Virus record (IMG/VR): IMGVR_UViG_3300009146_000015 | Span: 1-62,362 of that record | Reading direction: 5' to 3' (one strand) | Source: a virus | Lineage: Duplodnaviria; Caudoviricetes | Length of the DNA stretch: 62,362 nt | Part shown: positions 1 to 10,991 of the stretch, one piece after another | Layout: every line of letters starts with the position of its first letter | Position numbering within the stretch: position 1 is the first letter of the stretch | Made by a program: the position numbers and the translations under genes | The notes under the pieces: model-generated | Database searches by the model: none | What the model was told of the DNA's origin: nothing | The model's input: only the letters and a program-made list of their open reading frames with translations

Positions 1-172
1 TACCTACGAATTCGTACTCCAGCGCACCGGTTGCGAGTGCCTGGTCGAGTGGACCGTCCCCATCGGCGTAACCGTGCAGGACGGACAGGTACGGTCTGCG
101 ATCAACCTTCAGACGGGCGCGGCAGTGGACACTCGCGCCCAGCAGGTGATGAGCGTCGATGAGCTTTTCGAT

Positions 173-196
173 CTCGTGGAGGATGCTCTCGGTGAC
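173..196 (+). repeat. 24-bp direct repeat CTCGTGGAGGATGCTCTCGGTGAC, left copy (circular junction)
   Basis: Identical to 62282-62305. Confidence 0.95.
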
Positions 197-3100
197 GCGC
201 TGGCTGTCATGGTTGAACAGGCGATCGTTGAGGACGACATAGCCCTCGCCCGGCGTGCTCTCGTCCCGCATGTGGACATAGATGCCGTCGTACATCTCGC
301 CGGGCGCGACGCTGTACTGGCCACCGAGAAAGTTACGCAGGTCGGCGTCGCTGACGACGTAGACCTTCATGTCGCCGATCGCAGACGTCAGCCGGTTCTT
401 GAGGAAGGTCAGCGCGCTCTTGCGACCTTTGACCCCGCGCGCGGCGTCGCCAAGCTTGAGCTCGGCCAGCATGTCGCGGACGTTACTGTCCTGAAGTATG
501 CGCGAGAAAGTGCGACCACCGGGAATGTAGGGGCTCGCCAGCCAGCCGCCTTCCGGTCCCGCCTCGCGCCGCTCCCTGGCTTCCTCGGCACCGACCGTCC
601 CCTTTTTGGCGGCAGGCGGCTCGAAATCCGGCAGCGGCTCGTTGAGCTCGGCTTCAGTTTCGGTCTCTCCCTCGGTTTCGGTCTCCTCGTCGGGTTCGAT
701 CTCCAGCAGCTCGTCGACATCGATATTGACTTCGTTCTCGTCGCTGACCGTATGCAGCGGGATCTTCTCGATCTCCTTGACGATTGCGGCGTCAGCTTTG
801 GTGTCGACCACACCGATGTCGCGGTTCGGCTGGCGCGGTGCCTGCGCCTTGCCCTTGCGGGCGATCTCCCAAAGGTCGTTCAGCTGCCGTGATGCCGACT
901 GCTCCACCGCCTTCTGGCTGTTGTTTACAAAGGTGTTAGCGGTGCCAGTAGATTTATCCGATATGGCCTTCGCCATCTTCATCAGGCCGCGACCGCCACG
1001 CCGCGATGTGACCCCGGCAAAGCGCTTCTGCTGCTGCTCGGCAAACGCTTTGGCAGCGGCTTCCGGGCTGGCGTCCTCCTCTTCCTTCCGTAGCCGCTCC
1101 TTCTCCGCCAGTGCAGCCAGTTTAGCAGTAGTCTTCTCCTTGGCGCGCGCCGTCGCCTTCTCCATCGAGACACGGCGCTGTGCTGCCGCCTTGCGCTCGG
1201 CGTCGGTCTGCGGCCGCACCTCCTTCGGGTTCTCGCGGTAGTACTTGTCCTCCGCCATACGGGCTTCGCGTGCCGCCAGAGCAGTGACGAAACGCTCGTG
1301 CTCCTGACGAGCGCGGGTCGCCCGCAGTTTTACTTGCCGGGGGGTCAGCTCGGTATCCGACTTGACCTTCAGCCACGGCGGCACCGCCTTGCCGAGCCGG
1401 GCGAACTTGCTCCGCAGGCGCTTAAGCGCGGCCTGCATGTCGTTGTGCGCCACCAGTCCGGTGACGTTGCGACCCTCGTCCTTCCGCTCCTGCGCCCGCA
1501 TGCTGTCGTCGCGCGGCTTGGGAGGGGGCTCCGCACGGTGGGCGCGGCGTTCAGCCTCAAAGTCGGCGTTATACGGTATCGGCTCGCCAGTCGCTTCCGA
1601 GTACTCGACGTCTTCCGCGATCTCGACGTCGGTCATCTCCGGTGACGCCTGATCAGCGGCAGCCGGTTTTTCCTTCGTCCTTTGCCGGCTCTTGCCCTGC
1701 TCCTGCGCCCGCTCGCGCGACGGATCGACGTCCGTCCTGCCCGCCGCCCGCGCATCACGCAGCTCGCTCTCAGCCGCCAGCCACTCCTCCAGCATCTTCG
1801 GCGGGAACGGCCGGCTGTTCTTGTTGACAATGCGGTCGAGCTTGATCGCGTCCACCAGCCAGCTGTGCGTGCCCTTCAGTCCCTTGGTGCGGTACTTCTT
1901 GGGGAACTGGAATTTTGGGCCGAATTCCTTCTTACCGGCAGCCCGCACCCGGTCGACGTCAGCGGCGATGGCAGCGATACGGCGTTTCTGTCCGTCGATG
2001 TCCTTCGGGTCCTGGGCCTTCTTGGCGTGCCGATCGAACACCTCGTCAGCCCGCTCGACGACCGCGGCGTTGCGCGCCGTCTCGCCCGTGTTGGTGTCGA
2101 CCGGCGGCGGCAGGTTCTTGAGCTCGGCCGTGGCTTCGGCAGCAGCTTCCGGTTCACCGATCCGCTCTAGGAGCTCGAGTTCCTTGCGGCGCCGGACGAC
2201 CTCCGTGGTCCGCAGGCCGCGCACGCTCGTACCGATTTTCTTCTCCATCGCCCGCGACGTTGCGCGCCGCTCGGCGATATCCTCCTCGTCCTTGCTCTCC
2301 AAAATCCGGTGGAACTTGCCGTCGATGACGAAGCCGTCATAGTAGGTGGCGCTCTGCACCATATCCTTGTCTTTGAGCTTGTTCTCATCGACCACCCGCG
2401 CCCGCGCCTGATTGTGGCTGCCACCCTCGTAAATCCCCCGCGCCTCCTTGATCGGTCCGATATACGCCACGGCCGGGATGCGTTTCGGCGCTTTTGGTTT
2501 GGCTTCCGGCGCCTTTGGACGTGCAATCGGCAGCTTGCTGGTATCGATCGGCGGCAGCTTGCCAGGCACCGGTCCGGTGCGGCGGCGCTTGATCTTCTCG
2601 ACGACGGTGCCGGTCGCCGTAGTCAGCGGCTTTTTGGCCTTGCCCTTTGGCTTCTTGCCCTTGCGCTTGGGGATGCTCAGGATCTCGCGCGCCCGCGGCG
2701 TCTGCTTGTCGGGTACCGGCTCGGGTTCGGCAGCAAGATTGGCTTCGGCTTCGGCAATAGCTGCCTGCCGTTCGTCATTGGACATCCACGGCTCAGCCGC
2801 CAGTTCGGCAGTTGCTGCAGGCGGCGGCGCTGCTTTCTTCCCGCGCTTCCCCTTGGCCGGGGGCGCAGGAGCTTCGGCCAGCTCGGGGCCAGCCGTCGGC
2901 GCAGTATCCGGCACTGCGATTGGCGGCGGTGCTTCGACCCCGAAACGCTCCCGCATCTTGGTCAGCCGGTCGCGGATTAGCGCTTCGATCTCGGGTGTGA
3001 TCGGACCCGACGGCAGGCCCTCGGTGACGAAGTCCTCCATCGCCGCCCGGACTTCGGGGATTTCGGCGGCGAAAGTTAAATCCAGGGGTTGGTTACTTTC

Positions 3101-4666
3101 AGAAGTAACCTCTGGCGTTGTAGCGGGCGCAGGCGCAGCGGCGGGCGCGGCAGCTTCCGGCTCGGTCAGCAGCTCGACGTTCGACGTGGTGTCCGCAACC
3201 GGGGTCGAAGTCGACGGCTTGCGCTTCGGCGTCTCGATGATTTCAGTGGCGCTCGGCGCTCCGGGTACCGGCTTGATCGGCGGCGGTGGCGCAGTGCCGC
3301 TTGCCGGAACGCCGGGCGCGGCAGCATTGTCGGAAGGTTCAGGCGGTAGCGGCGGAGCGGGGCGCGCGCCCTCGGTACCGATTGGCGTCGGTGCCGGCGG
3401 ACCGCTGCTCTCACCAGTCAGCGCCGCCACCAGCGCCGGATCGACGCCGGGGGGCAGGCGATTGGCGGGGGGTTCTGGCGGCAGTGGTGGCGCAGCACCA
3501 GCTTTTGGCGGTGTCGCCGCTCGCTTCTTTGGCGGGGGCGCAGCCTGGCGCGAGGTCGTAGCGCCACCGGGCGACGATGGCGCTTCATAAGGCGACCACG
3601 GTGCACGTTCGACGGTCTGGTCGGGGACGGTGATACTCGGACCGGGCGGTGAGATCGGCGGGCCGACTTCCACGTCCTCCGGGATTTCCGGAAAACTGAA
3701 CGGCCCGTATTTCTCACGGGGAGAGCGAACGTCCTCGGTCTCCTCGATATCGACCGCACCCGGACGACCTTCGGGGAAGACGCCAGCACCAGCGCCAAGC
3801 ACGCTGCCGATCACGCCACCGGCCAGCGCCGCCTCGACCAGACGCTGGTCGTCGTACTCTTCCTGCAGCCCGGTCTCGACGCGGGTTGCCTGCATCGCCA
3901 GTTCTTCAGCGGTGTTCTGGATCGCCTCCTCGCCGCCCGACTGTCCCATTGCCGAGCCGACGCGGCGGATCAGTCCCTTGCGCGCCTCGCCAGTTACCGC
4001 ACCGGCAGTCCCGCGCTGGCCGATCTTGGAGACGATCTGACCGCCAGCGCTGAACCTCGCCAGCGCCGCGGTGACTACGGCAAGAGCGATGGGCTTGGCT
4101 CCGACCGCCAGCCGCTTGAACTCGCGCCGCGCCTCCTGCGGTGACAGGCCCCCGGCGATCAGCGACTGGTAGAGCTTGTTGCCGTCAAGGTTCTGGTTGT
4201 CCAGATCCTTGACCATGTCGTTGTAGGTGATGCCGGCACTGTGCACTCCGGCCAGGCCGGAGTTGAGTGCCAGCGCTACCGTAGGTCCCGAGACGATCGC
4301 GGCGGCGACACCGGCAGCGATCGGTGCGGCGGTGTTGGCGGTGTTGAGCAGCAGGTAGTCGAACTTGTGGTTCCAGAACGTCTCATCGCCGACCCTGGCC
4401 GACATGATCCGCTGCGCTGCCGGAGTGTTGGCGCCGCGGATGTCTTCACCCAGCTCGAACAGACTGTCAGCCAGTCCCTGCGATATATACTCGAGATCGC
4501 GCGCCATCGGGCTGTCGCCCTGGCTGGCGCCGTAAGCCACCATTGAAGGGACTGACCCGGCAAGGTCGGTGACGCTAGCAACGGCAGTGCGGCCGACGTC
4601 GCCCCAGGTCGCCCCCTGAGCTGCCTCCCGTCGTTGCGCTAGGCGTTCCTGTAATGCACTGGCCAT
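173..4666 (-). CDS. N-terminal ~1,498 aa of a giant virion/ejection (polyvalent-type) protein; absent from the ORF track because the frame runs off the window edge
   Basis: ATG at 4666 (MASALQERLAQRREAAQG...), 2 nt after the upstream stop; reads through to ...RVTESILHE at the junction repeat, in frame with 58685-62305. Confidence 0.8.
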
Positions 4667-4668
4667 CG

Positions 4669-7600
4669 TCAGTTACCGGTTGGTGGCGCGATCGGATGCA
4701 GGCGCTTGTACTCCTCGGGGGTGGTGTACCTGTCTTCCATCTGCTTCTTCCACACACTTGGCGGGGGTGGTAGCGCCAGCGCGTCGCCAACCGCCCCGCC
4801 AATATCGACTGCGACCTCGCCGACATTAGCCATTGCTGCAGCCAGCCAGTCGTCAAGGTTGAGCTCACCCGGCTGCGGCTGCCTGACGATCTTCTTGACC
4901 AGCGGGTCGAGCATCTTCTCGACGAACCCGGGCTGCGCGGCTTCGGCTTCCGGGGTGACCGGACTGGTCGGCAGGGCGCCAGTCGTCACCTTGGTGGCGT
5001 AGCTGGCAGCGCCCATATCGATGTAGCGGTCGGCGTCTTCCCGCCACGCCTGTGCCAACGGATCGAACATCGAATTGGGGATGTGACGGATCGCGCCATC
5101 CGGCCGACCCTGTCCGTTCAGCGGCTGCACCAGCATGACCCCGGGGTTGTTGGGGTGCGGCCACGCCCGCCAGTCCGGCACGGAAGGATTGGCCGGATTG
5201 GCGAGGACCATCTCCGACGCCAGCTTGATCGCCGACGGCATGGACGAGCCGTTGGTCTTGGCGATTAGCTGTGCAGCATCGCCGATCAGCGTCTGCTGGT
5301 TTCGCAGCTGCTTCGCCTCTCCCTTGGTCAGCGGGGCTTCCTCGTCCGTCTCCAGATCGCTGATATACTTGTCGACATCATCGGTAATGCCGACAACCTC
5401 CTCCTTGTAGAGATCGCGCGGTACCGGCTCGATCGCCGCGAGCTGACGGTCGAACTCGGTCGACCGCTTCGTCCGCAGTTCCTTCCACGCCTCCTCGGCC
5501 CGTTCCGCCTTGTAAAGCAGGTTCTTCTGATACTCCTCGGGTAGGCCAAGCAGGCTGTCAGGGTTGAAGCTCGGCTTCGGCGGCATGTTGAAGCCGTCCG
5601 GACCATCGCTCGGACCGGGCGGCAGGACCGGCTGCAGGGCCGGCGCCAGCCATGGACGCTCCTGCTGCGCCCGCACGACCGGGCCCTCGTCGCCCAGCCA
5701 GCCACCCTGAAGCCCGGTCGGCGCGCCAGAGCCTGCCGGCTTCTCTTCTGGCTTGGCACCCGCCTGCCGAACCAGCCAGTCGTAGTACGCCGTCTGGTGC
5801 TGTGCCAATTCGCGATTGTAGGCGGCAACGTCCTGCTTGTTCTTTGCCTCCGACAGGTCGAGGCCGAACGACGGATCCCGCGCACTGGTTGCCTTGTACA
5901 GATCGATGTCGGGCGGTGGGCCAAGCCCGAACGTCTTATCCTTGCCGGGCGCGCGGACACCGGGTGCAACTTCCAGAGGCTTACTTTCAGAAGTAACCAA
6001 CTTGTCGCTGCCGATCAGCGTATCGTCGCTTACGTCACTATCGACGTCGAGCGCACTGGTCGGCTTGGGTGCTGCTGGCGTAGCTGCCGGCGTGGCAGGC
6101 GTGGCCGCTGGCGTGGCTGCCGGAGCTTCGGCGGGTCCAAGTATCTGCTCGACGGTTTCGCGCTGTGCAGCCGCCGCAGAGCCGCCTGTGGTATCGGTCC
6201 AGATACGGACGCTCTCGTTGAACGCCGTATTGTAGATCTGCTGCTCGTCACCGTCGAGCTCTGCCGTCGCCAGCGCGTTGTAAGCTGGGCGCTGGTCGGG
6301 CGGCACGGCGTCGAGGTCGGCCAGCAGCTTGGTCAGCTGCGGCGACGCCTCGGGCAACTCATCCTCGCCTGCCGCCTTGACGAGGAACTTGTCCACGTCG
6401 CCGGGCGACATGTTGAGGATCATGCCGGTCATCTCTTGCGGCGTCAGCACCTTCTCGGTGATGACCTTGCCGGTTTCCTCGTCAGTGTAGCGCACCGTGT
6501 AGCCGGTGGTGGCGTCACCCTGCACGTCGAAGTCCCGACCGTCGGGGATCTGGGCGTAAGCTTTGACCGCCGCCTCGACTGCCTTCTCAGTGTCGCCTTC
6601 GCCAAGCGCCGCCTTGGCAATCGCCGAGTACTGGTTGTAGCGGACCTGATTGTACTGAATGTATGACGCAGCGATTGCCGCGGCCTTCTCGGGGTCGCGC
6701 AGCACCCAGTATCCGTACAAAAGGCCAAGGGTCCGCTGGTTGAGCTCACTCTCGGTCAGCTCGACGTCGTTCTGCTCCGCCCACGCCCTGACGACGTTCT
6801 GTGCCTGGGCGACCTGCGACTGACCCATGGCGTACTTGCCAGTCAGCTTGGCAGTGGCGGCGTCGGGCATGTCGTCGTCCGGCGCGGCATCTTCCGCCAG
6901 ATCGGTATCGTCGACGCCCTCGCCGAACAGGACGTTCGACAGCCAGTTGCTGCCGGCCAGCGCGCCGCGCTTGCCGTCGGTAAAGGTGTCGTTGGCAGCC
7001 TCGCGCCCGTCCGGACGCCTGACATGCCCGGTCGGTCCGATGTCCCACGCGTCAGTGACCTCGCGTATCGAGGTCTGGGCCGGACCCAGTTCGTTGTCGC
7101 CAGCCGACTGACCGACAAGAGCGTCAGTAGCCGCTGCGCCCTGCAGTGAAACACCTTCCTCGCTATCGCCGGGATTGAGGACGCTATCCTCGACCGCCCG
7201 CGCTCGACCAACACCTTCCTGCAGAGTACGTTCGAAAGCTCTGGTTGCTACATCCGGATCAGTAGCCGTGCCGAGAATGCTCGAACGGTAATCCGACGTC
7301 CGCTTGCCGATCTCAGCCGGCCCCATCACGTCGTCGACCGCACCGGTCGGACGCGCTTCGACCGGGCGAACGGTCTCGGTCGGCGTGTAGCTACCGGTGC
7401 CGCCAGTGGCGTGCGACAGCTGCTGGATCTTGACGTCGAGCGCCTGCATCATGGCGTCGCGGGTTGCCGGCGGCATGGTCAGATCGGCTTCGACCTCACG
7501 GCGGCGATTGAGCGCCCGCTGCAGTTCGGCTTCCGGCTCGTCTGAAGTCGGCGTGTAGCTGTCGGGCGGCAGCGCGCCGGGTCCGCCAGCTGGACGCACC

Positions 7601-9441
7601 TCACCGGGAGGATTGTCATACGGGGTATAGCCCTCAACCGGACGCGGCGGCGGGTTGGGCACCGCCATGGTGTTGGCCGTCGACGACGTCATCGGGTTGG
7701 CTTCGGCAGGCGGCTCCTCGTCAACCGCCACCGCGCCGTCACCGCGCATTCGAGGGGTCGGTATGTCGGCTTCCTGCAGACCCTCCGGGATGACCAGCTT
7801 CTGCTCGGGATAGATCAGGTCGGGGTTAACGATCTGCGGGTTGGCGGCTACAATCTTGAGGTAACTTTCGAGATTGTAGCGGTTGGCCAGGTCCCACAGG
7901 GTGTCGCCCTGCTCGACCTCGTGCACGGTGTCGCGCTTCGGGGCGATCGGCACGCCGGCACCACCAGCTGCGATATCGACCGGCGACGCCGCAACCGGCT
8001 CAGGCTCGGGAGCAGCCAGCTCGTCATCCTTGGTCCGCGCTTCCGGGTATGACGGCGCCATCTCGTCGTCGAGCACGCCACCCCGCAAATTGTCGCCGCC
8101 TACCCGGCCGGCTACTCCGCCACCACCCTCGCCAAGCGGCGCGGAAACGCCCAGAGCGCGCGCACCGTCGAGTCCGGTACGATTTCCCACCCCGACCTTG
8201 GCCGCGCCGTACCACGCCCCCCAGCCATTCTCGGCAGCCTTGTCGAGCGCAAAGTCGATCTGGCGATAGACGGTGCGCGGGTCGCGCGGGTCGCCGTAGC
8301 CCTTGGCGATAAACTCGTCGCCCAGCCCGCCACCGACCAGCAGTTGGAACGGGCCGTAGGATGTCTCGCGCTTGCCGTCCTTGACGTAGTTCGACTGCCA
8401 GACGCCGGGAGCCAGACCCTCCGACCGCGCCACCCTGACCGCAACTTCGGGATCGATGCCACGGGCGCGCGCCGCCCGTCGAATGTAGACCTCCGGATCA
8501 ATCTGTCCGTCGCCACCCGCGGGAAAGCCGTCACTCCCAGCGCTGCCAACCAGAAAGTCGTCAGAGCTCGATCCGTACAGCTTGCCCGACTGGAACGCAG
8601 TGAGGAATTCCCTGTCGGCCGGATTTCTGAAATTGCGAGCGCTCGGCCCCTTGAGGACACCACCGGCTCCCCACACCGCCGACGGACGACCACCGCCGCC
8701 ATAGCCGATGTGCAGCGAACCGCCGGGGTAAAGACCGAAGCGGTTGGCTCCGACCCGTCCGCCGGCCATGGCGATGATGGCGCGTTCTCGCGGGTTCCAC
8801 TTGCTACCGTCCTGGTGGTAGCCGACCAGATCGACTTCAGTACCTGCAGCGTGGCTACGATGGCCGCCACCCTTGCCTGCGGTAACCACCAGCCGGATAC
8901 CCATCTGCTGGGCCTGCATACTGACCGCATCCATGATCTTGAGGGCGCGCGGCTGCATGCCCCGCCACGAGGTCCGGTCCTTGATGGCAACGTCGTAGGG
9001 AGTGTACGACCTCCGCCCACCGCCCAATTTGTCGCGGCTCGTGCCACCGGCCAGGGTGTCAGCGCCAGTGCCACTAAGGTCGCTGTCGTCAAGCGCCGCC
9101 GTCTTGGCCGATACCGACTTCACCTTCGGCCCTGAAGCGAGATCGACGGCGCCGGCACCTGCACCAGTCACCACCGTCGCTCGGGCGGCGTCACTGGGCC
9201 CGGACGTGGTGCCGGGTGTCTTGTCGAGCGGCTCCCATCCCTCTGTCGCAGTTGTGAGCCAGTCACCGAACTCGATCTGCGGTCCCATGATTTCGGCAGT
9301 GCGGGCGCGGGTCCACTCAATGGTGGCGCGGCGGTGCTCGTTATCGAGCCGGGCAGCCTCCCGCGACGAGCGTGTCCCCAGTACGTTGGACATAGCGCTG
9401 AAGGCGCTCGTGAAGTCTTTCATTTCCTGAGCGAAACTCAT
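4669..9441 (-). CDS. Internal virion/ejection protein with cell-wall domains (peptidase M15-like, lysozyme/SLT-like, LysM)
   Basis: HRSHAAGTEVD...LHIG; RAARARGIDPEVAVRVARSEG...SYGPFQL; HEVEQGDTLWDLANRY...NPQIVNPDLIYPEQKLVIP. Confidence 0.75.
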   Translation of the reverse strand: MSFAQEMKDFTSAFSAMSNVLGTRSSREAARLDNEHRRATIEWTRARTAEIMGPQIEFGDWLTTATEGWEPLDKTPGTTSGPSDAARATVVTGAGAGAVDLASGPKVKSVSAKTAALDDSDLSGTGADTLAGGTSRDKLGGGRRSYTPYDVAIKDRTSWRGMQPRALKIMDAVSMQAQQMGIRLVVTAGKGGGHRSHAAGTEVDLVGYHQDGSKWNPRERAIIAMAGGRVGANRFGLYPGGSLHIGYGGGGRPSAVWGAGGVLKGPSARNFRNPADREFLTAFQSGKLYGSSSDDFLVGSAGSDGFPAGGDGQIDPEVYIRRAARARGIDPEVAVRVARSEGLAPGVWQSNYVKDGKRETSYGPFQLLVGGGLGDEFIAKGYGDPRDPRTVYRQIDFALDKAAENGWGAWYGAAKVGVGNRTGLDGARALGVSAPLGEGGGGVAGRVGGDNLRGGVLDDEMAPSYPEARTKDDELAAPEPEPVAASPVDIAAGGAGVPIAPKRDTVHEVEQGDTLWDLANRYNLESYLKIVAANPQIVNPDLIYPEQKLVIPEGLQEADIPTPRMRGDGAVAVDEEPPAEANPMTSSTANTMAVPNPPPRPVEGYTPYDNPPGEVRPAGGPGALPPDSYTPTSDEPEAELQRALNRRREVEADLTMPPATRDAMMQALDVKIQQLSHATGGTGSYTPTETVRPVEARPTGAVDDVMGPAEIGKRTSDYRSSILGTATDPDVATRAFERTLQEGVGRARAVEDSVLNPGDSEEGVSLQGAAATDALVGQSAGDNELGPAQTSIREVTDAWDIGPTGHVRRPDGREAANDTFTDGKRGALAGSNWLSNVLFGEGVDDTDLAEDAAPDDDMPDAATAKLTGKYAMGQSQVAQAQNVVRAWAEQNDVELTESELNQRTLGLLYGYWVLRDPEKAAAIAASYIQYNQVRYNQYSAIAKAALGEGDTEKAVEAAVKAYAQIPDGRDFDVQGDATTGYTVRYTDEETGKVITEKVLTPQEMTGMILNMSPGDVDKFLVKAAGEDELPEASPQLTKLLADLDAVPPDQRPAYNALATAELDGDEQQIYNTAFNESVRIWTDTTGGSAAAAQRETVEQILGPAEAPAATPAATPATPAATPAAPKPTSALDVDSDVSDDTLIGSDKLVTSESKPLEVAPGVRAPGKDKTFGLGPPPDIDLYKATSARDPSFGLDLSEAKNKQDVAAYNRELAQHQTAYYDWLVRQAGAKPEEKPAGSGAPTGLQGGWLGDEGPVVRAQQERPWLAPALQPVLPPGPSDGPDGFNMPPKPSFNPDSLLGLPEEYQKNLLYKAERAEEAWKELRTKRSTEFDRQLAAIEPVPRDLYKEEVVGITDDVDKYISDLETDEEAPLTKGEAKQLRNQQTLIGDAAQLIAKTNGSSMPSAIKLASEMVLANPANPSVPDWRAWPHPNNPGVMLVQPLNGQGRPDGAIRHIPNSMFDPLAQAWREDADRYIDMGAASYATKVTTGALPTSPVTPEAEAAQPGFVEKMLDPLVKKIVRQPQPGELNLDDWLAAAMANVGEVAVDIGGAVGDALALPPPPSVWKKQMEDRYTTPEEYKRLHPIAPPTGN

Positions 9442-9465
9442 CGACGGTTACTTTCAAAAGTAAGA

Positions 9466-10758
9466 TTAGATTGCGACTGCCCCGACCGGGACCGGCCTTG
9501 CTTCTGCGCCTGTACTTGCGATTAAACTTTGCTTTGCTTCAGGCGCCGACTTGATCAACTTCTGAAAATACTCTTGCCCCTTCCACTCTACTACATGCTT
9601 CGGCACGACAAACTCACCTTCGGTCAGCCGCGCCGGTATCTTGTCAGGCCCGCTGGTCGCCGCGGCGTTGGGTCCGGTTGGCGTATGGCTGCCAGTTGCA
9701 CCGCCGGTCCCCGACACATTCGGATCGCCCACTCCGCCACCGACGTCACCACCATATTTGAACCCGGGAACGTGCTCGGCTTCAACCGCACCGCCACCCT
9801 TGAACCCGGGCAGGAAACTCCTAAGCACCGCAGCGCCGGTACCGACCAGGCTGCCAATGCCGGAGCTCTCATCGGCCTCTGCCTTCTCTGCCTCTATCTG
9901 GGCCTGATACAGCCCGAGCTTGTTCTGGAACTTGTTGGTGACCGTGTCGCTCCACGTCGCCAGATGATTGGCGTTGAGCCGGCGATACTCCACGGCAAGC
10001 GCCCGCGCCCGGGTCGCCGCGTCGGCGATGCCGATCGTGCTGTCAATCGCCTGCGCCCCGGCTTCTCCAACCTGACCGGCTTCGACCGCAACCTGACCGG
10101 GGTAGGTCTGGCCGACCTTGACCATTTCGCCCTGCATGCCCAGTCCGGCTTCCGCCAGCGCCCCGGCCTGGATCTGACGATCGAGCGCCGCCTGATACTT
10201 GACGTCGCCCTCGACCCGCGCCGCGTCGGCAGCAGTCGTGCCGGCCGCAGCCATCGCGCCGCCTTCAGCCAGATTGAGACCGGCAGTCAGCGCCCGCGAT
10301 GCGCCAGCGTTGGGGTTGACACCCATGTCAAGGAGCGCACGCTCGGTCTCGGCTTTCTTCGCCGCGAAGCCTTGCGCCACCCCGGCCTGCGCCTTGCCGG
10401 CCATGTATTTCTGATTGGCTTCGGACTTGAAGGCGAGCGCCTCCGCTTTGAGCATTTTGACTTCTTCGTCGAAGTCGGCAGCCCGCTGCTGGAACGCGTC
10501 AATCTCCGCCATCTGCTCGTCTTCGAGTGGCTGGAACACCTCCTCGTAGCGAGCGCGGTCCTCTTTCATGTTGTCGAGCTGGAACTCCATGACCTCGCGC
10601 AGGTCAGCAACCACGTCCTTGTTAAGGTCCTTGGCCTGCCGATAGAAGCGCTGCGCCCACTTCATCTGCTTGTGGGCAAGCTTCTTGTCTTTCTTCGCCG
10701 ACTTCTTGATCGCCTTGATGACGCCCTTGTAGTCGGGGGCCTTGGGAGCTTTAGGCAT
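9466..10758 (-). CDS. Putative DNA-ejection/internal virion protein
   Basis: Ala/Gln-rich coiled coil; C-terminal DKIPARLTEGEFVVP motif; lies between the nozzle and the large ejection proteins. Confidence 0.6.
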   Translation of the reverse strand: MPKAPKAPDYKGVIKAIKKSAKKDKKLAHKQMKWAQRFYRQAKDLNKDVVADLREVMEFQLDNMKEDRARYEEVFQPLEDEQMAEIDAFQQRAADFDEEVKMLKAEALAFKSEANQKYMAGKAQAGVAQGFAAKKAETERALLDMGVNPNAGASRALTAGLNLAEGGAMAAAGTTAADAARVEGDVKYQAALDRQIQAGALAEAGLGMQGEMVKVGQTYPGQVAVEAGQVGEAGAQAIDSTIGIADAATRARALAVEYRRLNANHLATWSDTVTNKFQNKLGLYQAQIEAEKAEADESSGIGSLVGTGAAVLRSFLPGFKGGGAVEAEHVPGFKYGGDVGGGVGDPNVSGTGGATGSHTPTGPNAAATSGPDKIPARLTEGEFVVPKHVVEWKGQEYFQKLIKSAPEAKQSLIASTGAEARPVPVGAVAI

Positions 10759-10990
10759 CGAGCACCTTCCCGCTCGGCGCTTCGCCGAATTTCTCCGGGA
10801 TCTGATCCATGGTGATCAGCCCCATATTGACCAGATCGACGAACGTAACCGCCCGCTGCTCCTTCGGTCCGACCGCACCGCTTATCACATCGACTGCCGA
10901 CTTGAGCGCCAGCGCCGTCGTATGCAACGACGGAATGGTCGTGTTGGGCTCCGGGATCTGCGGGAGACGAAGGGCTTTCTGGGTTGCCAT
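10751..10990 (-). CDS. Small hypothetical virion protein
   Basis: Fills the gap, tightly coupled to both neighbours. Confidence 0.6.
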   Translation of the reverse strand: MATQKALRLPQIPEPNTTIPSLHTTALALKSAVDVISGAVGPKEQRAVTFVDLVNMGLITMDQIPEKFGEAPSGKVLDA

Positions 10991-10991
10991 C

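Noticed and set aside
74-4546. Long plus-strand ORFs over the structural region, and similar antisense ORFs elsewhere (e.g. 60164-61864, 37255-38409)
   Set aside because: These are shadow frames of GC-rich genes on the opposite strand, with no RBS or recognisable motifs.
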